This document shows positions 1-9,985 of a stretch of DNA of 64,000 nucleotides, in pieces (position 1 is the stretch's first letter; every line of letters begins with the position of its first letter). Origin of the DNA: Opitutales bacterium. GTDB taxonomy: Bacteria > Verrucomicrobiota > Verrucomicrobiia > Opitutales > UBA2987. The DNA lies in the NCBI GenBank assembly GCA_965226885.1, contig CBDDEL010000011.1, forward strand, positions 32,001 through 96,000, read 5' to 3'. Under the pieces are notes generated by a model. It was not told the origin of the DNA. It saw nothing but the letters and a program-made list of their open reading frames with translations, and ran no database searches. A program made the translations under genes and the position numbers.

Positions 1-318
1 TACGCCCAGTTGGTTAAGCAGTTCGGTTTTCCCAACTAATCGATATTGGCAATGCTGGAATGAAGTTGGCATGAAATGTTGATAAAATCGAAATGATGAC
101 GATTACACGAATCAGTTTATTTTGTTTTGTATAGACTCTATGGAAATGGAAAAATTTTCCGATATTGTGCATGGCAACAAAATTGCCGGTTTTTATAGCA
201 AAGAGTTGAAAAAAATCGGAATTTATTTCCATGAATACAGTCGAAGTTTGCCCTGGGATAATCTCGGTTAAATTATATCTCATTCATAATAAAGAAGATG
301 TAAATCTGCTCAAGCGTC

Positions 319-334
319 TGGCATATGCCCTGCT
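319..334 (+). promoter_or_regulatory. Putative sigma54 (-24/-12) promoter of the flagellar operon
   Basis: TGGCATATGCCCTGCT has GG-N10-GC spacing, matches the TGGCAC-N5-TTGC consensus and lies about 12 nt before the flgB ATG at 346. Confidence 0.65.
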
Positions 335-345
335 CTCGGGCAGGC

Positions 346-729
346 ATGATTGATGGAATCTTCGCTACGGAAAAGTACGTCACCGCCAGGAAAATGCTCG
401 ACGCGGCCGCCCTCCGTCATAAAGCGCTGGCCGGTAACATGGCCAACGTGGATACCCCCGGATACAAAAGAATCGATATCGCACCCGCTTTTGAAACCCA
501 GTTGGCGACATTTTTGAAAAGAGGAGATTTACAGGGCATATCCAACCTGCAACCCACACTCACTATCGATGCCTCTGCGGGTGCCGTCAGTCCCGACGGC
601 AATAACGTCCAATTGGACCACGAGCTACTCTCTGTAAATCGAAACGCGCTTGAATACCAAGTGCTTACCCAGTTTGTGAGCAGTTCGCTCAAACATTTAA
701 AAACCGCTATATCCGGGCGAATAAGCTGA
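346..729 (+). CDS. flgB: Flagellar basal-body rod protein FlgB
   Basis: LAGNMANVDTPGYK and PDGNNVQLDHE motifs; first gene of flgB-flgC-fliE-fliF-fliG; ATG 346 preferred over 325. Confidence 0.93.
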   Translation: MIDGIFATEKYVTARKMLDAAALRHKALAGNMANVDTPGYKRIDIAPAFETQLATFLKRGDLQGISNLQPTLTIDASAGAVSPDGNNVQLDHELLSVNRNALEYQVLTQFVSSSLKHLKTAISGRIS

Positions 730-778
730 ACCTAAACCATTTGCAGCTAAAGATTTTGCCCTCACCCAACTTTCCAAC

Positions 779-1204
779 ATGAATCTTATACCAGCAGTAA
801 ATGTTTCCGCAGACGCCCTCAATGCTGAAAAAATCCGCATGAGCATTGTGGCTCAAAATATTGCCAACGCCCATACCACCAAGGACAGCAATGGCAAAGT
901 CTATCAACGAAAAATAGTTTCCTTCGAATCGATTCTGGACCAAAAGAGCGTATCCGGCGGCATCGCCGAACTGGCCCGAACCGTTCGCATACGGGAAATT
1001 TCAAATGACCTCACTCCGGGCAAAAAAATCTATAACCCTCAACACCCAGACGCCGATGAAGATGGCATGGTGGAGATGCCCAATGTGGAAATTTCACGTG
1101 AAATGGTGGACTTGATCTCGGCATCTAGGGCCTACGAGGCCAATTTATCGGTCATTAAAACAGCCCGCCAAATGGCCCAGCAAGCTTTATTAATAGGCCG
1201 ATAA
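779..1204 (+). CDS. flgC: Flagellar basal-body rod protein FlgC
   Basis: VAQNIANAHTT, YNPQHPDAD, MPNVEISREMVDLISASRAYEAN motifs. Confidence 0.95.
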   Translation: MNLIPAVNVSADALNAEKIRMSIVAQNIANAHTTKDSNGKVYQRKIVSFESILDQKSVSGGIAELARTVRIREISNDLTPGKKIYNPQHPDADEDGMVEMPNVEISREMVDLISASRAYEANLSVIKTARQMAQQALLIGR

Positions 1205-1230
1205 TCCGGTTCAAACGGGAAAGGTAAATT

Positions 1231-1749
1231 ATGTCATTGATCAGTTCAATACAAGGTTTAGGGGGTTCATTCCTGAGAAACCTCCAACCACCGGGGGTGG
1301 CCACCGGCCAAGACGAAAACAACCGCCTTGGTGCCCCAGGGGGATTGCAAGGTGTCGATTTTTCCAAGGCTCTGGGCGCCATCAAACAATTAAAAGGGAT
1401 GGATTTTTCGAAAGCTCCCGAATTACTGAACGGCTTGACCACGCAATTCGAGCAGCAAGCCCTCATTCGGGCTCCGGAATCCCTCCAAGGGGGTAATTTT
1501 TCCTCCATCAGACCAGCAAGCAGTGGCGCGCCCACATTACCGGACATGTTTGCAAATCTGGTTGACTCAGTTAACCAAAAAGGAGCGGACGCTCGCGCAG
1601 AAACGGCAAAACTTATGTCGGGTGAAACCGACAACATCCACCAAAGTATCATCGCCTTGCAGGAAGCCGGGGTAGCTTTTTCCTTATTGGTCGAGGTGCG
1701 CAACAAGCTGGTCGAATCCTACAAGGAATTGATGCGCATGCAGGTTTAG
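1231..1749 (+). CDS. fliE: Flagellar hook-basal body protein FliE with long N-terminal extension
   Basis: C-terminal FliE motif IHQSIIALQEAGVAFSLLVEVRNKLVESYKELMRMQV; operon position. Confidence 0.9.
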   Translation: MSLISSIQGLGGSFLRNLQPPGVATGQDENNRLGAPGGLQGVDFSKALGAIKQLKGMDFSKAPELLNGLTTQFEQQALIRAPESLQGGNFSSIRPASSGAPTLPDMFANLVDSVNQKGADARAETAKLMSGETDNIHQSIIALQEAGVAFSLLVEVRNKLVESYKELMRMQV

Positions 1750-1810
1750 GAAAAATTTTCAAAGACCCCTGAATTTAAACTATGAATATTTATTTAAAAG
1801 AGATAACTAA

Positions 1811-3377
1811 CCCGGATATTTCGTAAAAAAAGTATCGTTGATATGCTTAACTGCTGATATACAGCAGGATAGATCAATAATTAAAGCAATATCAGCGATG
1901 ACAAAAGGTAAACAATTAAAGCTACAGTTGACAAGGGTAAAAGGCCGCCGTGTGCGGGTTGATCTCAAGGGCGGAGAGGTTACTTCGGATGCCAGACTGC
2001 TTTTGATCCGGGAAGTGGATCGGCAGTTGGGCTTGACCGAACGAGCGGCCCGACAGTTAGTGGACAAACGGCAGAAGGGCAAAGTACGCCATGAGGTATT
2101 GGGGATGCTGCGGCAGCGCGTTTACGGGCTGGTGGCGGGCTATGAGGATTTGAACGACTTTGATACCCTGCGCCACGATCCATTGTTGCAAACGGTAACG
2201 GGGCACATTGAAACGTTGGCCAGCGCGCCGACTTTGTGTCGTTTTGAAAACGGGCAGGATCGGCGGGCGGCCTTTGCGGTAAACGAGCTGTTGGTCGAAC
2301 AGTTCATGGGCTCCTTTGCCGAGGAACCCGAAGAGATCATCCTGGACTTTGACGCCACCGACAATCCGGTGCACGGGCTCCAGGAGGGACGTTTTTTCCA
2401 CGGTTATTATGATCATTACTGTTTTCTGCCGCTATATGTTTTTTGCGGTGATCAGCTGCTGGTGGCCTACCTGCGGCCGAGCAAGATCGATGCCAGCAAG
2501 CATGCCGGGGCCATCCTCAAATTGCTGGTTAGACGGATTCGCCAAAGCTGGCCCCGTACGCGGATTATTTGGCGCGCCGACAGTGGATTTTGTCGAGACC
2601 GGATACTCTCTTGGTGCGACCGCAACGAAGTTAGTTACATCGTGGGGATGGCTCGCAATGCACGCTTGCAGCAAGACGCCCAGCAGTTGCAAAAGCAGGC
2701 CAAAGAATGGTTCGAACTAAGGGGTAAAAAACAACGGTTATTCCAGGACTTCGTCTATGCTGCCGATTCGTGGCGATGGCTGCGGTTGGTCATCCATAAA
2801 GCCGAACACACCGCACAGGGGTCCAACCCGCGCTTCGTGGTGACGAACCTGCCGGGCGATCCCCAGGAGCTTTACGACAAGGTATACTGTGGCCGCGGTG
2901 AAATGGAGAACCGAATCAAGGAACAGATGCAATTGTTCAGCGAGCGCACCAGCGCCCATCAATGGTGGGCCAATCAGTGGCGATTGCTCTTGTCGGCGCT
3001 GGCCTACACCTTGATGGAAGCCATGCGCCGGTTAGCCTTAAAAGGGACGAAGTGGGCGCGGGCCCAATGCCACACCCTGCGGCTCAAATTAATCAAGATC
3101 GGAGCGGTCATCGTGCGCAACACCCGAACGATTCACTTTCACCTAAGTGAGAGTTATCCTTGGGCCAGTCTTTTCAACCATGCGGCCCGCCGATTGGTGC
3201 CAACCTAAAGGGTGCATTGGTGCTGCCCCCGGCACTACCGAACCAATGGGGGAAAGGGGGCAGTGTCTCTACACCCTGAAAAACACCTAAAAATCAAGAC
3301 GATCTGCTCAAAATACAAAGAAATCCATCTCCAATAGCAATAACGAGCCAAACTTTACCCTTCATGAAATATCCGGG
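1811..3377 (+). mobile_element. IS1380-family insertion sequence, copy 1 (complete)
   Basis: Terminal IR CCCGGATATTTC/GAAATATCCGGG; flanks CTAA/TTAA; near-identical copy at 40792-44866. Confidence 0.93.
1898..3208 (+). CDS. IS1380-family DDE transposase
   Basis: GGEVTSDA, GYEDLND, ILDFDATD, RADSGF, RGEMENRIKE motifs. Confidence 0.93.
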   Translation: MTKGKQLKLQLTRVKGRRVRVDLKGGEVTSDARLLLIREVDRQLGLTERAARQLVDKRQKGKVRHEVLGMLRQRVYGLVAGYEDLNDFDTLRHDPLLQTVTGHIETLASAPTLCRFENGQDRRAAFAVNELLVEQFMGSFAEEPEEIILDFDATDNPVHGLQEGRFFHGYYDHYCFLPLYVFCGDQLLVAYLRPSKIDASKHAGAILKLLVRRIRQSWPRTRIIWRADSGFCRDRILSWCDRNEVSYIVGMARNARLQQDAQQLQKQAKEWFELRGKKQRLFQDFVYAADSWRWLRLVIHKAEHTAQGSNPRFVVTNLPGDPQELYDKVYCGRGEMENRIKEQMQLFSERTSAHQWWANQWRLLLSALAYTLMEAMRRLALKGTKWARAQCHTLRLKLIKIGAVIVRNTRTIHFHLSESYPWASLFNHAARRLVPT

Positions 3378-4955
3378 TTAAGCTCTGGTCCCAGTTGGGA
3401 TTCAGTCAAAAGGTATCCATTTGCCTGTCTTTTTTCGGCGTAATTATTGGAATGATAGCTCTTCTGGTATGGACCAGCCGCCCCAATTTGAGACTTCTTT
3501 ACGGGAATTTGAATTCTGAGGATATATCGGAAATTCTCTCTGTCATAGAAGACCAGAGCATCCCATACCGCATCGGCCAAGGCGGTTCTTCAATTTATGT
3601 TTCCAGCGATATGGTTTACAAGATGCGCATGGACCTTGCGGCCAAAGGCATTCCAAATGGCGGCGACGTCGGTTTCGAAATTTTTGACAAAGCAAATTTC
3701 GGAATCAGCGATTTCATACAAAGGACAAATTATATGCGCGCCGTGCAAGGTGAGCTCTCCCGCACGATTTCTCAACTCCAAGGCGTACGTTCCGCCCGCG
3801 TCATGGTTGTCGTGCCGGAAAACCGGTTACTCGTGGCCAACCAGCAGGGCGGCGGGGCAACGGCCTCCGTCTTTATTAATACGGGAGGCACCCTGCTCGC
3901 TCAAGAAGCCGTCAATTCCATCCGTTTTATCGTGGCCAACGCAGTGGAGGGACTCTTATTGGACAACGTCGCCGTGGTTGACAACCACGGAAAAGTAATC
4001 TCGGAGAACCTCCGGCAAGAAGGCTTGGCCGGAATGGGAATCGGCCAGTTCAAATACCGAAAAAACATTGAAGATTATTTTTCCCAAAAAATCGAAAGCA
4101 TGCTCGGCAAAGTGGTCGGGTTGGGCAATGTGGTGGCCCGGGTCTCGGTGGAGGTAGATTCCGAAACCTCAACTATTGTCGAAGAAAAATTCGATCCTGA
4201 CGGCCAGGTTCCCAGATCGGAAACCAATACCGAGGACATTGTTGTGACCACTGAGGCCAGTTCGAATCAATCCGGTGACGACGCCGGAAATGGGCCGCAA
4301 CCGGCAGCCACCAACAACACCCGTGAGACCCACAAAAATAAAATCACCTCCTACGAGATCAACAGTTCCACCCAGGAAACGATAAAAACACCGGGAACCA
4401 TTAAAAACATCAGCGCGGCCGTATTTATCGCCATGCGGATGGAAAAGGCCGCAGAGGGTGAAAAGGCCAGTCCCATTTCCCGCACCCCCGAAGAAATACA
4501 AATTTTGCGCGTAATGGTGCATAACGCAATTGGCGTGGATGTGGCCGGCATATCGGGAAAAGGGTCAGTTTCTCTGGAAGAAATCATTTTCCATGTTCCG
4601 GAGGTTGTGCCGGAGGACGGGCTCATGAAATTACAGGACCAGTTTTTGCGCTGGTATGATCTGGGCCGCAACTTTTTCGCCATCGGCATAGCAATTATCA
4701 TGTTCGTCATATTCCTTCGCATGGTCAAACGCCATAAACCGGGGAACGCCGAATTGGCGGTACTGGCTGAAGATAATCCCAATGGCTTGCGGAAGGCAGC
4801 TGAAATTACCAATTTCCTGACCCCGGATATGCTGAATGAATTAATTCAGGAAAAACCTGAAAACGTTAGTACAGCTTTGAAGAATTGGGCCACCAATGGT
4901 CCGGCCAATTAGTGTTATTTACATCTACTATCACCCTTTAATTTAAGCCTGACAA

Positions 4956-5468
4956 ATGAACGTTTCAAACCTGCAGCATATCGATTATAAACAGCTTGGA
5001 AAACTGCAAAAATTGGCTCTCTTTATGATCGTAATCGGGCCGGTCGCAGCATCCGAACTGTTAAAATTCTTCGAAGATCCCGATATCGAAATGATCTGCC
5101 GGGAAATCACTACTTTCAAAATCATTGACAGGTCCATCCAGTCGCAGACGGCCGAAGAATTTGCTGAAATCATTGGCGAAAGCCTTAACGCCATTTTGGG
5201 TGGACCGAGTTTTGCCCAAAAAGCGTTGGAATTGGCCAAGGGCGACTACCAGGCTATTAATATGCTGGGCCGCATCGCTCCCTTGGGTAATTCCTCCGAA
5301 GTCATTAAAGATGTTAGCGAGATGGAACCGGGGCAAATATATAACCTGATTCGCAACGAGCAAGCTCAGACCATCGCTTTTGTCATCTCCCATCTCAGCC
5401 TGGAAAAGGCCACTAACATGCTCACTATGCTTACTCCCGATCTTCGAGAGGAAGTAATCGAACGGATT
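4956..5468 (+). pseudogene. fliG: Flagellar motor switch protein FliG, 3'-truncated by an IS3-family element
   Basis: FliG N and middle domains (GGPSFAQKAL, NEQAQTIAFVISHL); ends at IS terminus TGATCGGACCCC at 5469. Confidence 0.88.
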
Positions 5469-5581
5469 TGATCGGACCCCATCTTTGCTACCACTTTAAG
5501 TGAGAGTATTTCCGTAGGTTTGGTATTGTAGGTTTTGCAGCGGGTGGCGCAATGAGGCCGTAGGCCGAATGGAGCCAGCCG

Positions 5582-6384
5582 GGTAGTGTATAAAAAAAGA
5601 ATGTTATTTTGTATTTTTAGCTGTACAAATAGCGTTAGGCAGTTTATTTTTAGTGCATGGTTACTAAAATTATTAATTGTCGGCACTGTGGAAGTGAAAA
5701 TATCATTAAATTTGGCAAGACGCCCAACCATAAACAGCGCTACCGCTGCCATGATTGTGGTAAACAAAGCCGCAAAACCCCACAGTGAAATACACCGAAG
5801 AGCAAAAAGAAATGATCCTTCGAGTCTATCAGGAACGCAGCAGTCTACGCGGTTTACAGCGCGCCTTCGGGGTGAGTCCCAACACCGTTTTGAGTTGGTT
5901 AAAAAAAACGACAATCGCTGCGACCGCTCAAAAGCACGATTCTTGCGGCCCGCCGCCATGATGTCATTGAACTGGACGAACTGTGGTCTTTTGTGGGGCG
6001 CAAGAGCGATGCCCAATGGGTCTGGATCGCTCTTTGCCGACGCACCCGTCAAATCCTCTCCTATGCCATTGGGCCTCGGGATTGGTATCGTTGCCGGGAA
6101 CTTTACGAGCGTCTGCCACGGGCCTACAAAAGATGTGCCACCTACAGCGACTTTTGGAGCACTTATGATGAAGTCTTTCCTCATAACCGATCCGTGGGAA
6201 AAGAGAAACCGGTGAAACGGCCCATGTGGAACGATGGAACAATACCCTGCGCCAACGACTGGGTCGTTTCACACGCAAAACCCTCTCCTTTTCCAAGCTT
6301 AAGAGTATGCATGAAACCTGTCTGAGACTTTTCATTCATCAATATAATCAAGAATTAGCCACCATTCCTACTTAATACACTACC
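5582..6384 (+). mobile_element. IS1-family element, copy 1 (frameshifted)
   Basis: IR GGTAGTGTAT/ATACACTACC; small indels relative to the other three copies break insA and insB. Confidence 0.9.
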
Positions 6385-6563
6385 AATCCCGCTTTGTGAT
6401 CTTCCTGGATTATGACCAGTGAATCGTCGATGGCCTTTTTTATTTTATCCCGAAATGCACTTTTTTCATCATTACCGGTTCCTCCGAAATCCATTTGACT
6501 GGCCATGGAACGATTGCCAACCGATTTGGTGTAATTCTCAAGGGATCTCTCTTTAGAACGTTT

Positions 6564-7365
6564 GGTAGTGTATAAAAAAAGAATGTTATTTTGTATTTTT
6601 AGCTGTACAAATAGCGTTAGGCAGTTTATTCTTAGTGCATGGTTACTAAAATTATTAATTGTCGGCACTGTGGAAGTGAAAATATCATTAAATTTGGCAA
6701 GACGCCCAACCATAAACAGCGCTACCGCTGCCATGATTGTGGTAAACAAAGCCGCGAAAACCCCACAGTGAAATACACCGAAGAGCAAAAAGAAATGATC
6801 CTTCGAGTCTATCAGGAACGCAGCAGTCTACGCGGTTTACAGCGCGCCTTCGGGGTGAGTCCCAACACCGTTTTGAGTTGGTTAAAAAAAACGACAATCG
6901 CTGCGACCGCTCAAAAGCACGATTCTTGCGGCCCGCCGCCATGATGTCATTGAACTGGACGAACTGTGGTCTTTTGTGGGGCGCAAGAGCGATGCCCAAT
7001 GGGTTTGGATCGCTCTTTGCCGACGCACCCGTCAAATCCTCTCCTATGCCATTGGGCCTCGGGATTGGTATCGTTGCCGGGAACTTTACGAGCGTCTGCC
7101 ACGGGCCTACAAAAGATGTGCCACCTACAGCGACTTTTGGAGCACTTATGATGAAGTCTTTCCTCATAACCGATCCGTGGGAAAAGAAACCGGTGAAACG
7201 GCCCATGTGGAACGATGGAACAATACCCTGCGCCAACGACTGGGTCGTTTCACACGCAAAACCCTCTCCTTTTCCAAGCTTAAGAGTATGCATGAAACCT
7301 GTCTGAGACTTTTCATTCATCAATATAATCAAGAATTAGCCACCATTCCTACTTAATACACTACC
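6564..7365 (+). mobile_element. IS1-family element, copy 2
   Basis: IR GGTAGTGTAT/ATACACTACC; intact insA and insB. Confidence 0.92.
6639..7356 (+). CDS. IS1 transposase InsA/InsB (programmed -1 frameshift at A8C near 6884-6892)
   Basis: Zn ribbon CRHCGS..RCHDCG and HTH, then [31 protein letters not shown]. Confidence 0.88.
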
Positions 7366-8061
7366 GCCAGCCGCTGCTTTGTTGATTGTTCGCCAGAGTC
7401 TGGCAAATGTATTTGGGGAGAGAAAGCCTAATCGGCTGTGGGGGTGTTTCGCGTTGTATTTGTGTCGCCATTGTTCGACCACCACACGCGCTTCGGTCAC
7501 GCTCAGGAACAGTTCCTGATTAAGGCATTCATCGCGCAAACGATTATGAAAGGATTCTATATGTCCATTCTGCCAAGGGCTTCCTGGATCAATGTATGCA
7601 ATGGCAATTTCCTGCCGCTGCAGTTCTTCTTTGACTTGGTGGGCTATAAACTCCGATCCGTTGTCCGAGCGGATGCACTGAGGTTTGCCGTTCTCTCTTA
7701 TGGCATCGTTCAATACCTCTACCACATCGGCACTTTTCAGTGAGCGCGCAACCTTAATGGCCAGGCATTGACGGGTATGTTCATCGATCAGTGTCAAGAG
7801 CCTGAGCGGACCGCCCCGGTCGGTGCGATCCGCCACGAAGTCCCAACTCCACACATGGTTGGGCTGCACTGCTCGGGTCGGGGTAGCCGTGGATTGGCCC
7901 TGCCGGCGACGGCGCTTGCGAGACGGGCGCACACCCAGTCCTTCGAAACGACGCACTTTTTGGACGAATTTGCGACTCACGGGCCAACAAAGCGCGGATC
8001 CGACGATAGCCATAGCGCGGATGCTTCTTCGAAAAGGCAATGATGCGTGCCACCAGTTTAT

Positions 8062-8616
8062 CAAAAACTATCCGGATAGCCATCTGGTGGCGGAGAGCCA
8101 CTTTCTGCTGGCCAATTCTTATAAACGCCTCAAAAGGCCGCGTGAGGCGGTGGCGGAAACGCTCAATTTCGTGAGGCGGTGGCGGAAACGCTCAATTTAT
8201 TACGTAAAAACCTGATCAATCGTAAGACGGATGAATCGTTATGGTTTTATTGGAAAAAGAGAACGGGCAACCAACTGGCCAATGAATTTTATGAGCAAAG
8301 CGATTTTTTAAGCGCCCTGAAAATTTACCAGGCAATGTCGCCGCTAAACAAGGATCCAGAGTGGCAGTGGCCCAGAATTTACCAAATTGGATTGTGTTTC
8401 GAGCGTTTGCGGATGCTGCCCAAAGCGCGCGAGGCTTACCGTCTTCTGGTTGAAGAAGAGGAGTGGGAAAATAGCCAATACGATCTCAATGAAAACCTTC
8501 AAACGATCAAAGAAATGGCTATCTGGCGGTTGGGGCATATTGATTGGCTCTCAAAAACGGAGTCCGGCATATCGAGTTTATTGGCCACTTCCAAAGAAAC
8601 CGAAATTTTAAATTAA
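8062..8616 (+). pseudogene. 3' remnant of a TPR-repeat protein gene, frameshifted by a 29-bp duplication
   Basis: FIKNYPDSHLVAESHFLLANSY and IYQIGLCFERLRMLPKAREAY TPR-like helices; 5' end fused to the IS3 fragment. Confidence 0.7.
8141..8198. repeat. 29-bp perfect tandem duplication
   Basis: CGTGAGGCGGTGGCGGAAACGCTCAATTT x2. Confidence 0.95.
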
Positions 8617-8624
8617 CCTTGTTT

Positions 8625-9005
8625 ATGAATCTAAAAAAAATCAAAGACACGCTTCAAGTTCATCTTGAAAATTGTGAAATCGCCTATGCCATTCTACTTG
8701 AGGAGAAAAGCATTCTGAAGAGAGAGGGGAAACCTCCATCCGAGGAATTTTTAGAGAAAAAAAGAAATCTTTTGCCTCAGCTCGATGAATCTTTAAGCGC
8801 TTTGAAGAATTTGCGGGAGACGGGCCCAATCAGAGGAGCGCAAAACCGAAAATTGATTGATGACACCCAGAAAAAATTGATGAAAATTTTTCTTCTGGAT
8901 CGGGAAAACGAGCAACTTTTATTAAAAATGTCGTTTTCGTTGCGACCTCAGAACAAGGAATTGAAAATTTCCCCGGCACAACTGCGAAACACCTATAACC
9001 GATAA
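8625..9005 (+). CDS. Helical hypothetical protein, possibly a FlgN/FliT-like flagellar chaperone
   Basis: Clean 126-aa coiled-coil ORF following the TPR gene at the end of the flagellar region; function is inference. Confidence 0.55.
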   Translation: MNLKKIKDTLQVHLENCEIAYAILLEEKSILKREGKPPSEEFLEKKRNLLPQLDESLSALKNLRETGPIRGAQNRKLIDDTQKKLMKIFLLDRENEQLLLKMSFSLRPQNKELKISPAQLRNTYNR

Positions 9006-9077
9006 ATTATTTAGGCGAAAGCTAGAGCGTAAAGAGCCAGGCATTAAGTATGCCTAAGTTGTCTTAAATACCTGTGT

Positions 9078-9644
9078 TTAATAACTGTATGCAGGCTCCC
9101 AATCATTAATGCCGTCGGCCAAAAGGTTGATCAGGTGCCAGGTTCCGCAAAATAGATCCATGATGGGCCCAAAAAAGGCCTGGGCAACCCTGTAAATCTC
9201 CCCATTTCCATCCTTCCAAAATGTGGAGACGCCCGGCCACCAACCATCTTCTTTTTTAAAGCCCATATCCTCAATGAAGCTGGAATCTTCGCCGGAGAGC
9301 ATTTTGAATTTCCATCCTCTGGATTGAGCGAATTCCCTTTGGGTTTGCGGACTGTCGGGTGAGACTACGACAAACCCAGCCCGGTTTTCCAGGTGTTGCC
9401 AGACGCCGTTAAAACCATCCGCCCACAGTGTGCAATAAGGGCAACTTTTGCCCATGTTATGAACAACAATGAGATCCCGTTTATCGCCAAAAAGAGAGGA
9501 TAGCTTTACCGTGGCGCCGGTTTCGTTTGTCAGCTCATAATCCTGAACTTTTACTTTTTCTGCCTTCCGTTTCAATTCCGCCAATTGCCGCGATTTTTCC
9601 AGCAATTCGGTTTCCAGGTTTTGTATGGTTTCTTCCGTTGTCAT
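9078..9644 (-). CDS. DUF899-family thioredoxin-like protein
   Basis: N-terminal coiled coil, LSSLFGDKRDLIVVH, CPYC motif, GVSTF. Confidence 0.8.
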   Translation of the reverse strand: MTTEETIQNLETELLEKSRQLAELKRKAEKVKVQDYELTNETGATVKLSSLFGDKRDLIVVHNMGKSCPYCTLWADGFNGVWQHLENRAGFVVVSPDSPQTQREFAQSRGWKFKMLSGEDSSFIEDMGFKKEDGWWPGVSTFWKDGNGEIYRVAQAFFGPIMDLFCGTWHLINLLADGINDWEPAYSY

Positions 9645-9719
9645 TGTTTTTTAGTTAATTTTTGCGTATTTGCATTTTTCGAGAATGCGACTGCAAACCT
9701 GCATGCTGATTATGGTGCC

Positions 9720-9885
9720 CACCGACCGGCCGATCCAATAGCGCCCCCGATTAATTGCGACACGATATTGGCGATTCCATGAGAGGCTTTCTCTTTGCCG
9801 ATGCTCATCAAACACAGAGTAATGGCCGGATTTATCTGGCCTCCAGATATATTCATGGTGGCAGTAACCGCCAACCTTGGCCAAT
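9720..9885 (-). pseudogene. Aquaporin (MIP family) internal fragment
   Basis: NISGGQINPAITL..IVSQLIGGAIGS is the first NPA box plus the following helix; no start or second half. Confidence 0.7.
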
Positions 9886-9985
9886 CGAAAAAAGGCTTCC
9901 AGCCCTTTATATATTGGGTATTCCGTTTATTCATGAAGCTTACAGGCCATCCACCGTTTGAACATTACAGGGAATAAAAGCGTAT

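Larger units (their letters stand above)
1782..4912 (+). pseudogene. fliF: Flagellar MS-ring protein FliF, interrupted after codon 9 by IS1380 (main body 3382-4912 is open)
   Basis: ATG 1782 MNIYLKEIT joins KLWSQLGFSQKV in frame once the IS is removed; GFEIFDK..FGISDF..RAVQGELSRTI FliF motif. Confidence 0.88.
5469..8061 (-). mobile_element. IS3-family (IS407-like) element A, partial, interrupted by an IS1 composite
   Basis: Matches copies at 53950-55234 and 60841-62124; orfB fragment with VWSWDF, RSDNGSEF, ESFHNRLRDECLN; orfA end missing. Confidence 0.9.

Noticed and set aside
14..283. 89-aa minus-strand ORF
   Set aside because: No recognisable motif and overlaps the AT-rich regulatory region; cannot be supported
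5586..6215. 209-aa ORF and similar alternative-frame ORFs inside IS copies
   Set aside because: Alternative frames of IS1, IS21 and IS5-like sequence, repeated only because the elements are repeated
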